64,000 nucleotides of DNA from an uncultured Gemmatimonadales bacterium (GTDB lineage: Bacteria; Gemmatimonadota; Gemmatimonadetes; Gemmatimonadales; GWC2-71-9), in the NCBI GenBank assembly GCA_963828735.1, contig CAWHFW010000002.1:512001-576000 (forward strand), in the 5' to 3' direction. Below the pieces are notes generated by a model. It was not told where the DNA came from. It searched no databases and saw only the letters and a program-made list of their open reading frames with translations. The position numbers were made by a program, and so were the translations under genes. Below are positions 49,859-59,370 of the stretch, piece after piece. The first letter of the stretch is position 1, and every line of letters begins with the position of its first letter.

Positions 49859-51261
49859 GGTTTGGGCTCCCACTCCTGAATGGCGACCGCGGCGCCTGTT
49901 GGATCCTGAATGAGGGCAACGCGGCCATCGCGGATTTTCGGCGTCGGAGCGATCAGCACGTGGCCGCCCAAAGCCTGCACGCGGCCGACCGTCGCGTTGA
50001 CGTCCGTCACCCGCACGTAGGGAAGCCAGTTCGGTTTCACGTCGGTGGCGCGCAGCCTGGTCACTCCGGCACGCGGCCGTCCACCTGCCTCGAGTACATA
50101 GTAGGCCCGGTCCGCACCCGAATCCGGCTTGACCTCGTAGCTCGCCAGGTGGTTATAGAATTTGACGGCCGCTTCCGGGTCCGGGGTCCACAGCTCGTTC
50201 CAGAGCCACCCATCTACGGCCGGCGTGGTGTCGGGGGGATCGCCTTGCGGCGCCCGCATGACGACGAACGGCGCGTTCTGGGCGTCCGCGACCAGCGCCA
50301 CCTCGCCGCGCGGGCCCAGGCTCTTCGGACCCCAATGGACCTTCCCTCCGCCCGCCTTGATCACACCCACCGCAGAATCGACGTTGGGCACCGAGAGCGA
50401 CCCGAGCCACTGCGCGGGGACTCGCTCCGCCTTGCCGTCGCGAGTGTCGAGAATTCCGCCGATCGGCCGGCCCGCCTGCGTCACCACCATGTAGTTCCCC
50501 GAGTCGCTCTGCCGGAACTCCCAGCCGAACAGGCCCCCGTAGAACCGCTGCGCGGCAGCCGGATCGCCGGTGAGAAGGTCGTGCCACACGAACTTCCCCG
50601 GCAGCTCGGCGCCGGTCGGCGCCTCGGTGATGGCAGGTTCCTTGGCCGCACTGCAGCCGTGCCCGAGGAGAGCCAGCAGGATCAGCGCCGCGAATCGTTC
50701 CGTGACGTGTCTCCCCAGCGCCCGCAGCCGGAATCCCAGCACGACGATCAGCAGGCCGAACAGGAACGTGTACGCGCCGATCAGACGGGCCGCTGCCGTG
50801 GCGCCCCATCCTGGATTCGCGATCGCGGCCGCCCCGAAGAGCACCGAGAGCACGCCGGACAGCCCAAGAAGCCATTCGCCTTCGATCTCCCGGCGAAGCC
50901 GGATGGCGAGGGCCAGCTGCATGATGCCGATCACGATCGCCCAGGCGGCGATGAACAGGAGAATCACCAACGCGGTCACGCCCGGTCGTGCGATGCTGAA
51001 ACCGCCGGCCGCGATGCCGACGAGGCCGATCAGGACCATCGGCCACACCGGTCGCCCCTCATCACGAACCCGCACCGCGGTGATGAGCGCGACGATGCCG
51101 TCCACCAGCGCGTAGAGACCCCAGAGCGTGGCCAGCGCGAGGACCGTGACGCCGGGCCAGGCAAACGCCACAATCCCCAGGACCACCGCCAGGATTCCCC
51201 GCAGGACGAGGAGTCGCCACTGATGTCTCAGATCGACCAGGAATCCACGGACCGGCATCAT
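49855..51261 (-). CDS. HdeD/DUF308 membrane domain fused to a tandem VOC/glyoxalase domain
   Basis: LVLRGILAVVLGIVAFAWP...EGEWLLGLSG (HdeD-like); PGKFVWHDLLT..AAQRFYGGLFGW and WNELWT...FY...DPTGA (VOC). Confidence 0.85.
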   Translation of the reverse strand: MMPVRGFLVDLRHQWRLLVLRGILAVVLGIVAFAWPGVTVLALATLWGLYALVDGIVALITAVRVRDEGRPVWPMVLIGLVGIAAGGFSIARPGVTALVILLFIAAWAIVIGIMQLALAIRLRREIEGEWLLGLSGVLSVLFGAAAIANPGWGATAAARLIGAYTFLFGLLIVVLGFRLRALGRHVTERFAALILLALLGHGCSAAKEPAITEAPTGAELPGKFVWHDLLTGDPAAAQRFYGGLFGWEFRQSDSGNYMVVTQAGRPIGGILDTRDGKAERVPAQWLGSLSVPNVDSAVGVIKAGGGKVHWGPKSLGPRGEVALVADAQNAPFVVMRAPQGDPPDTTPAVDGWLWNELWTPDPEAAVKFYNHLASYEVKPDSGADRAYYVLEAGGRPRAGVTRLRATDVKPNWLPYVRVTDVNATVGRVQALGGHVLIAPTPKIRDGRVALIQDPTGAAVAIQEWEPKP

Positions 51262-51316
51262 TTCCCCAGCTGAAGTCGCATTTCTACAGCTATGACGTGG
51301 CGGGATGCGAGGCCAC

Positions 51317-51330
51317 TGGACCTTCGTGCA
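51317..51330 (-). promoter_or_regulatory. Regulon box 14 (HdeD-VOC)
   Basis: Minus TGCACGAAGGTCCA; shares 17 nt (GGCCACTGGACCTTCGT) with box 2; its -10 element is weak. Confidence 0.75.
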
Positions 51331-51429
51331 GCGCACCCTTCGCTCAGAGCACCCCGACGCCCTGCGCGTCCAGATCTGAACGCTCGGCATCGGCCCGACG
51401 CAGCTCCCGGTCCCAGAGAGGGCTCGCAC

Positions 51430-51443
51430 TGTACCAAAGTTCA
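51430..51443 (+). promoter_or_regulatory. Regulon box 15 (membrane protein-marC)
   Basis: TGTACCAAAGTTCA, 24 nt, AAGATT; GTG follows after a 6-nt gap. Confidence 0.78.
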
Positions 51444-51479
51444 GTCGTCTGGCCGAAGAGGGGGAACAAGATTGGTCCC

Positions 51480-52649
51480 GTGAGCTCGTCCCCCGAAAAC
51501 ACGTTCGACGCTGGCCCGTACTCCCGGGTGCCGCATGTCCTTCGATGGGCTGGGCGCGGGCCGCACTGGCTGCGGAATCGTGCCTTCGCGCTGGCGGCGG
51601 TCGCGTGGGTGCCGCTCGCGGTGTTCAGCGCCGCGCAGGGCCTCGCTCTGAGCGACCAGCGGCGAGAGTCGCAGCTGCTCGATATCTCCGCGTACGTGCG
51701 CTACCTGGTGGCGATTCCCACCTTCGTGCTGGCGGAGGCCATCTGCCTGCCACAGCTGGGCAAGATCGTGCGTCAGTTCCTCGACGCCGGCCTGGTGACG
51801 GGTGATGAGCGAGGGGGATACGAGACGATCCTGGACTCGACGCGAACACTCCTCACCTCCCCCGAGGTCGAGCTGGCGCTTCTGGCGATCGCCTACATCT
51901 CGACCCTGGCCACGAGCGAATCGCTCTACCCGGAAGCCGTTTCCACTTGGGTGTCACCGATCCGGGAGGGCAGCCGCACTTTGTCGCTCGCCGGCTGGTG
52001 GCTCATGCTGGTGAGCCAGCCCCTGTATCAGGTTCTGATCGCGATCTGGCTCTGGCGAGTCGTGGTCTGGGCGCGGCTACTCTGGAAGCTGTCGCGCCTG
52101 AACCTCCAGCTGCTCCCCTCCCATCCGGACCGCGCCGGCGGACTGGCCTTCGTGGGGACCTCTCTCCGGGGCTTCACGCCGGTCGCCTTCGGCCTCGGCG
52201 CGGCCGTCGCTGCCGGCGCGGCCGAGGCGATCTTCGTCGATGGCCGGCCGGTGCAGGAGTTCAAGCTGGTGGTCGGGGCACTGGTCGTCGGCATGGTGGT
52301 GCTGTTCGCGGGGCCGCTCTTCATCTTTGCTCCGCCTCTGCGCCGGGCGCGCATTCGCGGGATCTTCGCCTACGGGGAGTTGGCCAGCGCGGTGGGTCGG
52401 CGATTCGAGGACCGGTGGCTCGGTCGGCACGGCGAGGTGAGTGACGACGCTCTGTCGGTGCAGGATTTCTCCGCGACCACCGACCTCTACCAGGTGGTCG
52501 CGAACGTCTCGGCGATGCGGGTGACGCCGGTCAACCTGTGGATTCTCATCCCGCTCGTGGTCGCGACCCTGCTCCCGTTCGTGCCGATCGTGCTCGCGAT
52601 CCTGCCATTGAGGGAGCTACTCGCGTTGATCGCGAAGCTTGCGATGTAG
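51480..52649 (+). CDS. Hypothetical multi-pass membrane protein
   Basis: About 7-8 hydrophobic segments; HPDRAGGLAF and DFSATTDLY segments; start trimmed to GTG 51480. Confidence 0.8.
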   Translation: MSSSPENTFDAGPYSRVPHVLRWAGRGPHWLRNRAFALAAVAWVPLAVFSAAQGLALSDQRRESQLLDISAYVRYLVAIPTFVLAEAICLPQLGKIVRQFLDAGLVTGDERGGYETILDSTRTLLTSPEVELALLAIAYISTLATSESLYPEAVSTWVSPIREGSRTLSLAGWWLMLVSQPLYQVLIAIWLWRVVVWARLLWKLSRLNLQLLPSHPDRAGGLAFVGTSLRGFTPVAFGLGAAVAAGAAEAIFVDGRPVQEFKLVVGALVVGMVVLFAGPLFIFAPPLRRARIRGIFAYGELASAVGRRFEDRWLGRHGEVSDDALSVQDFSATTDLYQVVANVSAMRVTPVNLWILIPLVVATLLPFVPIVLAILPLRELLALIAKLAM

Positions 52650-52678
52650 CGCGCCCGCCCTATCGAGGAGCCTCAACG

Positions 52679-53362
52679 ATGGTCCTGGAATCCTTCCACG
52701 CGCTGTCGCGGCTGACGCAGTCGCCCGCCACCCCGCCGAGTGGCCAGCTCCTCGGCCCCAGCGAGTTGTTCACCCTGTTCTTCATCACGCTCGGCCCCAT
52801 CAAGCTGCTGACCCCGTTCGTCAGGCTCACCCGCGGCCTGGATGATGCCGCCCGACGACGGCTCGCGGTGCGGGCCACCGCGATCGCGACGGCCGCGGTG
52901 TTCGCCGGCGGTTTCCTAGGCGTGAGGGTGCTGTCCCAGTGGCACGTCTCGACGGAGGTCGTGCTGCTGGCAGGCGGGTTGGTGTTGCTGCTGGTGGCGC
53001 TCGCCCTGGTGCTTGAACAGTTCGAACCGCCACACCCCGAAGCCCCCGGAACAATGCCAGTCCCACCGTCGCCGTTTCTGATTGCCTTCCCGGGAATCGT
53101 GACGCCCTACGGCATCGCCGTGGTGATCGTCCTCCTGGCGGGCAGCCCGGACGCCCGGCGCACGATGCTGATCTGTGGAGTGCTCGTGGGCATGCTGGTC
53201 CTCGACCTCGTGACCATGCTGTTCGCCCACCCGATCGTCCGGTCCGCCACCTGGCTGCTTCAGATCTTCGGGGCAGTGCTGGGCGTGTTGCAGGTTGCGC
53301 TGGCCCTTCAGATCATGCTGACAGCGCTCCGACATCTCGGCGTCCTTCACATGCCCGAGTGA
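52679..53362 (+). CDS. MarC-family membrane protein
   Basis: LFTLFFITLGP, AGGLVLLLVA and AFPGIVTPYGIA segments; GAGGAG RBS. Confidence 0.85.
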   Translation: MVLESFHALSRLTQSPATPPSGQLLGPSELFTLFFITLGPIKLLTPFVRLTRGLDDAARRRLAVRATAIATAAVFAGGFLGVRVLSQWHVSTEVVLLAGGLVLLLVALALVLEQFEPPHPEAPGTMPVPPSPFLIAFPGIVTPYGIAVVIVLLAGSPDARRTMLICGVLVGMLVLDLVTMLFAHPIVRSATWLLQIFGAVLGVLQVALALQIMLTALRHLGVLHMPE

Positions 53363-53391
53363 CGCGCCAGCGCCCACCGACGCTGCCCACC

Positions 53392-53405
53392 TGCACCAAG
53401 GTCCA
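53392..53405 (+). promoter_or_regulatory. Regulon box 16 (DUF3302-HlyD-OMF-SulP-PPK2 unit)
   Basis: TGCACCAAGGTCCA, 25 nt, CACCTT. Confidence 0.8.
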
Positions 53406-53554
53406 ATGGAGAGCGCGGTGGCCATTGCGGCACCTTAGCCGGAGTGATCCAACGCGGTTTGCGTTCCCGCTCCCTTCCGCCGGCGGCGAGGCCGGTCCCT
53501 GCCCCGACCGCCGACAGGAAGAGGCAACGTCAAGGCTTGAGGCTTCCTTCCCCT

Positions 53555-54031
53555 ATGCGCCTGCGGACGGTTTCACGTGCCTTTGCGGCAGCCCTGGCGG
53601 CCGTGCTTATCCTGCTGCCCCGGCCTCTCCTGGCCGCCGGGCACGGCGCCTTCGAGGACAAGCTCGCCGACATCCTGGTGTGGGTGGTGCTGATTGTCGC
53701 CCCGGTGGTCGGCATCATCGTCTTCCTGGCGGTGCACATCATCCCCGAGAAGGTTGCCGAGAACCGGGAGCATCCGCAGCTCGATGCGATCAAGGTCCTC
53801 TGCCTGCTGTCCCTGGTGTTCGGCGGCATCCTGTGGCCCTTGGCGTGGATCTGGGCCTACACGAAGCCGGTCATGCACAAGATGGCCTACGGCGTTGACC
53901 GCGTCGCGCTCAAGGGGCACGGCGAGGCCGGCGGCACACCGATAACGCCCGCCGACGAGGCCGAGATCGAGCGGCTGCGCCGCCGCCTCCTCGAACTGGA
54001 AACCGGGACCGCCAGCGGTCAGGTTGGGTGA
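53555..54031 (+). CDS. DUF3302 (YiaW/YibI-like) small membrane protein
   Basis: HIIPEKVAENREHPQLDAI...LWPLAWIWAY motif. Confidence 0.85.
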   Translation: MRLRTVSRAFAAALAAVLILLPRPLLAAGHGAFEDKLADILVWVVLIVAPVVGIIVFLAVHIIPEKVAENREHPQLDAIKVLCLLSLVFGGILWPLAWIWAYTKPVMHKMAYGVDRVALKGHGEAGGTPITPADEAEIERLRRRLLELETGTASGQVG

Positions 54032-54038
54032 GGGCGGC

Positions 54039-55166
54039 ATGGAAATCCTTCTCCTTGCGATCTACTCGATCTTCGTCTGGCTGATCTTCTTCAAGCTGAA
54101 GCTCCTGCCGTGGACCTTCGTGTGGCAGGTCGTCGTCGTCACGATCCCCATCATCGGCCTGACGGTACTGATCCTGCTTCTGAACGTCGTCGCGCCCAGC
54201 TCGCACGACGTCAGGGTGATCAACTACGTCGTGCAGATCGTGCCCCAGGTGAGCGGTCAGGTCGTGGAAGTGCCGGTACAGAACAATCAGTTCGTGAAGC
54301 GCGGGGAGGTGCTGTTGCGCCTCGACTCCGTGCCCTACGTGCTGAAGGTGCAGCAGCTCGAGGCCGAGCTCGCGAACACGGAAGGCCAGATCGGTCAAGC
54401 CCGGGAAGAGCTGGCCGCCGCCCAGGGAAGTACCGCGTCCCTGCGCGCCCAGCTCGCGCTGTCGGAGAAGCGCGTGCAGCAGCATCAGGAGCTGGTGCAG
54501 GCGGGCGCGGGAAACCGCTTCGACCTCGAAGCGGAACAGGCCGATGTCGAGGACACCAAGGCGAAGATCGCCGCGGCCACCGCCGACGAGGCGAAGGTAC
54601 GGAAGCGGCTGGGTGCCCACGCGGGCGGGTCCCAGGCCGAGATCGCGTCGACGCTGGCCCAGCTGGCGCAGGCCCGCTGGGATCTGAGTCGAACGACGGT
54701 CCTCGCCCCCGCGGACGGCTGGGCCATCAACGTGCAGGTCCGACCGGGCACCATGGCCGTGATGGTGCCGGTCAGGCCGGTAATGACGTTCGTGGAGAAG
54801 GAGCAGCAGGTGTACATGCTGTACACCCAGAACGAGCTGAGCAAGATCAAGCCGCACGATGAAGCCGAGATCTCGTTGAACACGATCCCGGGAAAGATCA
54901 TCAAGTGTCGCGTTCTGGGAGTAATCTGGGCGCAGGGTCAGGGGCAGCTCACCGCCAGCGGGGAGCTGCCGAACACCACGCAGGACCTCCCACCGGGCCG
55001 GTTCGCCGTCCAAGTGGAGTCCGAGGATTCCACCGTATTCCTGGCGGCCGGGGCGCGCGGACAAGGCGCTATTTACACCCAGCACGGTCGCCTCATCCAC
55101 CTCGTGCGCAAGGTGATCGTCCGGATAAGCGCGAAGCTGGACTACCTCATCCTCAAGCTGCACTAG
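54039..55166 (+). CDS. HlyD-family membrane fusion protein (YiaV/YibH-like)
   Basis: Two N-terminal TMs; IVPQVSGQVVEVPV..NQFVKRGEVL; helical hairpin; TVLAPADG. Confidence 0.92.
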   Translation: MEILLLAIYSIFVWLIFFKLKLLPWTFVWQVVVVTIPIIGLTVLILLLNVVAPSSHDVRVINYVVQIVPQVSGQVVEVPVQNNQFVKRGEVLLRLDSVPYVLKVQQLEAELANTEGQIGQAREELAAAQGSTASLRAQLALSEKRVQQHQELVQAGAGNRFDLEAEQADVEDTKAKIAAATADEAKVRKRLGAHAGGSQAEIASTLAQLAQARWDLSRTTVLAPADGWAINVQVRPGTMAVMVPVRPVMTFVEKEQQVYMLYTQNELSKIKPHDEAEISLNTIPGKIIKCRVLGVIWAQGQGQLTASGELPNTTQDLPPGRFAVQVESEDSTVFLAAGARGQGAIYTQHGRLIHLVRKVIVRISAKLDYLILKLH

Positions 55167-55167
55167 C

Positions 55168-56640
55168 ATGGAAGCCGCGCGCCGCCGGGTCGGAATCCGG
55201 CCCGCCTTCCTCCTCCTCCTCACCACCGCTGGCGCCCTGGCCGGGTGCAGAGTGAAGGAGCCGCCGTCCAGCGACCAAGTCGCGGCCGAAATGCTGCCGG
55301 CGATGAAGCTGCCGCCGGAGTGGGTGGCGACACCGGTGGACACGACACCGGTGGCGGAGGGATGGCTGACCACCCTCGGCGATTCGGCGCTGCTCGCCCT
55401 GGTGTCCGAGGCCCTGGTGCAGAACACCGATCTCCGCCTGGCGGCGGCACGGGTGGAAGCGGCCACCGGACAGATCAAGTTGGCGAGCTCGGCGCTCTAC
55501 CCTCACGTGGACATCGTCGGACACGGCGGCATCGGACTCGGCGGGGACGCCTCGGGCATTAACGGGATCCTCGTGCGGGCGGACTGGGAGGCCGACCTGT
55601 GGGGCCGTGTGCGCTACGGCCGTGCCGCGGCCCGCGCCGGGCAGGGCGCGGCGAGCGCCGATCTGGTGTATGCCAGGCAATCGCTCGCCGCGCTGGTGGC
55701 AAAGAGCTGGTACCTCGCTGCCGAGCTCCGCATGCAGGCCCGCCTGACGGCCTCGATGGCGAACGCGAGCGCAGAGCTTCTCCAGCTGACCGGGGTGGAG
55801 CGGAACGTCGGCACGGCCAACGATGAGGACGTGGCCCTCGCCAGCGCGGACGTGGGGACCTACCGCGACCGCGAGCTGCAGCTCAAGCAGAGCCAAGGGG
55901 AAGCGGTGCGGGCGCTCGAGGTCCTCGTGGGGCGGTACCCCGCCGCAACCCTCGCGGTCCCGGACAGCCTTCCGCCGGCGGTGCCCGACATCCCGGCGGG
56001 ACTTCCCGCCAGCCTCATCGCGCGGCGGCCGGACTTGGTGGCAGCGAGCGAGCGGGTATCGAGCGCGTTCTACGCCACGCGGCAAGCGGTCGCGGCCAAA
56101 TTGCCGGCCATCAAGCTCACCGGATCGTTCGGGGCGATCAGCAGCGAAGTGCTCCAGCTGCAGCCGGACTTCAGCAACCCGGTCGGCTCGCTCGGCGCGT
56201 CGCTGCTAGCGCCGATCTTCCACGCCGGCGAGCTGCAGGCGCAGGTGGACATCCGCACCGCCGAGCAGCGGCAGGCGGCGGCGACGTACGGGTCGGCTGT
56301 CCTCGCTGCGTTCCGGGACGTCGAGAACGCGCTTGCAGCCGAGCAGCTGCTCCGCGAGCGGCAGACGGTGCTGACCGAGGTCGTTGCGGAGCAGACTCGC
56401 GCGGTTGCGGTGACGCAGACGCGCTACCAGGTCGGCAAGTCGGACGTCCTCAGCGTGCTACAGCAGCGCATGCGGCTCTACGGCGCCGAAGCGACCCTGC
56501 TCGGGGTCCGCACCGAGCGGATCGTGCAGCGCATCAACCTTCACCTGGCGCTGGGCGGCGGCTTCGTTCCCCCCATCGACTCGACCGCCACCGACTCGAC
56601 TGCCGCCGACTCGGCATCGACGGCTCCCCCAGGCCACTAG
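55168..56640 (+). CDS. Outer membrane efflux factor lipoprotein (OprM/NodT type)
   Basis: LAGC lipobox; WEADLWGR, PAGLPASLIARRPD and LALGGG motifs. Confidence 0.93.
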   Translation: MEAARRRVGIRPAFLLLLTTAGALAGCRVKEPPSSDQVAAEMLPAMKLPPEWVATPVDTTPVAEGWLTTLGDSALLALVSEALVQNTDLRLAAARVEAATGQIKLASSALYPHVDIVGHGGIGLGGDASGINGILVRADWEADLWGRVRYGRAAARAGQGAASADLVYARQSLAALVAKSWYLAAELRMQARLTASMANASAELLQLTGVERNVGTANDEDVALASADVGTYRDRELQLKQSQGEAVRALEVLVGRYPAATLAVPDSLPPAVPDIPAGLPASLIARRPDLVAASERVSSAFYATRQAVAAKLPAIKLTGSFGAISSEVLQLQPDFSNPVGSLGASLLAPIFHAGELQAQVDIRTAEQRQAAATYGSAVLAAFRDVENALAAEQLLRERQTVLTEVVAEQTRAVAVTQTRYQVGKSDVLSVLQQRMRLYGAEATLLGVRTERIVQRINLHLALGGGFVPPIDSTATDSTAADSASTAPPGH

Positions 56641-56678
56641 GCCCCCGGCGAGGCACTCGGGCGCGATCAGGTGGCCAT

Positions 56679-58409
56679 ATGCGACGCTTGCTCCAGGAGA
56701 TGGTTCACGGCCCGCCCGGCGCGCCGCGCGACGACGACGTTCGCGCGGGCTCGCGTCTCATGCGCGCCGCGCCCGGCCTGGCGCAACTGCTCCACTATCG
56801 GAGGGAGTGGCTGGGCCACGACCTCGCCGCGGGAGCCTCCGTCGCGGCCGTGGCCCTGCCGACCGCGATCGCGTACGCCGAGATCATCGGCCTCCGGCCG
56901 GTGGTGGGCCTGTACGCCGCGATCCCGCCGCTCGTGGCCTACGCGATCTTCGGCACGTCGCGCCTCCTGATCGCGAATCCTGACGCCGCGGTCTGTGCCA
57001 TGGTCGCGGCCACGCTGGCTCCCCTCGCCGCGGCCAACCCCGACACGCTCGCTCCACTGGCAGCGGCACTCGCGCTGCTCACGGGGCTCATCTGCATCGG
57101 CGCCGGCTTCCTCAACCTCGGCTTCGTGGCCGATTTCCTGGCCCAGCCGATCCTCGTCGGCTTCCTCAACGGCGTGGCGCTCCAGATTTTTGTCGGTCAG
57201 CTCGGCAAGGTCTTCGGGTTTGCCATGGAGTCGCACGGGATCATCCCGAACCTGCTCGAGGTCGTCCGCAAGCTGCCCCTGACGCATCTGCCCACGCTGA
57301 TCGTCGGGGCGGTCGCCCTTGCCGTGATGGTCGCCACCCGGCGGTTCCTGCCCCGCTGGCCGGCCCCGCTGCTCGCGGTGCTGGTCGGGATGGGGCTGGT
57401 TCACGGCCTCGGGCTCGAGACCGCCGGGGTCGCGGTCGTAGGCGAGGTCCCGCCCGGATTGCCGTGGCCGCACCTGCCGATAGTGGACCCGCACCTGCTG
57501 AAGGCGCTGTTCGGCGCCGCGGTCGGGCTGGCGCTCTTGAGCTTTACCAAGTCGCTGGTGGTCGCGACGAGCTTTGTGGCAAAGCCGGGCGACGAGGTAG
57601 ACGCGGACCGCGAGCTCTACGCCCTGGGCGCGTGCCAGATCGCGGCGGGCCTCGCCGGCGGGTTCGCCGTCAGCGGCGCGGATTCCCGTACCGCGATGAA
57701 TCAGACCATGGGCGGAAAGTCCCAGCTCTCCGGACTGGTGGCGGCGGTCCTGATGACGCTGGTGCTGCTCTTCCTCACGGGTCCACTGCGATATCTGCCG
57801 ATGGCGGCGCTGGGAGCCGTGCTCATCATCGCCGCGTTCGGCCTCTTCGACATCCACGCGCTGAATGAGCTCCGACGGGTGAGCCGAGGGGAATTCGCGC
57901 TGGCGATGGTCACGACCCTCGGTGTCGTGACGCTTGGTGTCCTGGACGGCATCCTGCTCGCGGTGGGGCTCGCGCTGCTGTTGCTCGTGGCGCGTGCGTC
58001 GCGCCCGCCGGACGCGGAGCTGGGGCGCATGGCCGGGCTCGCCGGCTATCACGACGTCGCCGGGCACGAGGACGCCGAGCGGGTGCCCGGACTCGTGCTG
58101 TACCGATTCGGCGCCGCGCTGATGTTCTTCAACTCACCGTACTTCAAGCGCCGGCTCCTGGCCCTGGTCGCCGGATATCCCGACGTCAAATGGGTCGTCC
58201 TCGACGGCGGCCCGATCAATCTCATCGATACCACCGGCGCCGCGACGCTGCGCGCGGTCGCGGAGGACCTGGCCGGGCGGGGCATCACGCTGGCGCTCGC
58301 GAACGTCTCGTCGTCCGCGGGCGGGATCCTCGACCGCGCCGGGATGACCATCGTCACGCACAAGTCGCTGGAATCCGCGGTCAGCGCCTTTCGGAGCGGG
58401 GCCGCCTGA
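56679..58409 (+). CDS. SulP/SLC26 anion transporter with STAS domain
   Basis: DLAAG..VAAVALP.AIAYA, GLYAAIPP, SGADSRTA and IDTTG (STAS) motifs; start uncertain. Confidence 0.93.
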   Translation: MRRLLQEMVHGPPGAPRDDDVRAGSRLMRAAPGLAQLLHYRREWLGHDLAAGASVAAVALPTAIAYAEIIGLRPVVGLYAAIPPLVAYAIFGTSRLLIANPDAAVCAMVAATLAPLAAANPDTLAPLAAALALLTGLICIGAGFLNLGFVADFLAQPILVGFLNGVALQIFVGQLGKVFGFAMESHGIIPNLLEVVRKLPLTHLPTLIVGAVALAVMVATRRFLPRWPAPLLAVLVGMGLVHGLGLETAGVAVVGEVPPGLPWPHLPIVDPHLLKALFGAAVGLALLSFTKSLVVATSFVAKPGDEVDADRELYALGACQIAAGLAGGFAVSGADSRTAMNQTMGGKSQLSGLVAAVLMTLVLLFLTGPLRYLPMAALGAVLIIAAFGLFDIHALNELRRVSRGEFALAMVTTLGVVTLGVLDGILLAVGLALLLLVARASRPPDAELGRMAGLAGYHDVAGHEDAERVPGLVLYRFGAALMFFNSPYFKRRLLALVAGYPDVKWVVLDGGPINLIDTTGAATLRAVAEDLAGRGITLALANVSSSAGGILDRAGMTIVTHKSLESAVSAFRSGAA

Positions 58410-58446
58410 CCGCAGTCTCGCCGTCGTGGTGAGGAGGGAGCGTACC

Positions 58447-59370
58447 ATGAAGACCCGGAAACCGCGCGGTGAGAAAGCGCGACACCAGCTCGACCATGGC
58501 CCCGTGCTGGTGCCGCCCGGGAAAAAACTTCGCCTCAAGGACCGCGACCCGGCCTACGCCGCCGGCTTCGATACCAAAGCGGAGGCGAAAGAGGCCCTGC
58601 TCGAGGACGTCTCGGGACTGGCGCAGGCCCAGGAGCTCTTGTGGGCCAGCAAGGCGTACGCCGTCATCATCATTTTCCAGGCGCTCGATGCGGCCGGGAA
58701 AGACGGCACCATCAAGCACGTCATGTCTGGGGTAAACCCCCAGGGCGTGGACGTGCTCAGCTTCAAGGCGCCCTCCGACGAGGAACGACTGCACCACTTC
58801 CTCTGGCGGCCCATGCGCGCGACGCCGGCCCGCGGGCGCATCGCCATCTTCAATCGCTCCTACTACGAGGAAGTCCTCGTGGTCCGCGTCCATCCGGAGA
58901 TGATCGAAAAGCAATGGGTCCCGCACGACCGGCTCGAGAACGGGTTGGAGGGTCTGTGGAAGGCGCGCTACGAGGACATCAACGCCTTCGAGCGGACCGC
59001 GGTACGCAACAACGTGTGCATCATCAAGTTCTTTCTGCACGTCTCCAAGAGCGAGCAGCGAGAGCGCTTCCTCGAGCGGCTCAACGACCCCGGCAAGAAC
59101 TGGAAGTTCTCCGCCGCGGACCTCCGTGAGCGAGGCCACTGGGACGAGTACCAGAAGGCCTACGAGGACATGCTCAGCGCCACGAGCACGAAGTGGGCGC
59201 CCTGGTACGTGATCCCCGCCGACAAGAAGTGGTTCACCCGTGCCTGCGTGGCGGACATCATCACCAGCCGGATCGAGGAGCTGAGCCTGGCATTCCCCAA
59301 GGTCAGCAAGCGCGACCGGGCGGAGTTGGAGGAAGCACGGGCGGAGTTGGAGAAGGAGGATGGAGACTGA
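58447..59370 (+). CDS. ppk2: Polyphosphate kinase 2 family protein
   Basis: FQALDAAGKDG, FNRSYYE, WKFS..D and APWYVIPADKKW motifs. Confidence 0.93.
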   Translation: MKTRKPRGEKARHQLDHGPVLVPPGKKLRLKDRDPAYAAGFDTKAEAKEALLEDVSGLAQAQELLWASKAYAVIIIFQALDAAGKDGTIKHVMSGVNPQGVDVLSFKAPSDEERLHHFLWRPMRATPARGRIAIFNRSYYEEVLVVRVHPEMIEKQWVPHDRLENGLEGLWKARYEDINAFERTAVRNNVCIIKFFLHVSKSEQRERFLERLNDPGKNWKFSAADLRERGHWDEYQKAYEDMLSATSTKWAPWYVIPADKKWFTRACVADIITSRIEELSLAFPKVSKRDRAELEEARAELEKEDGD

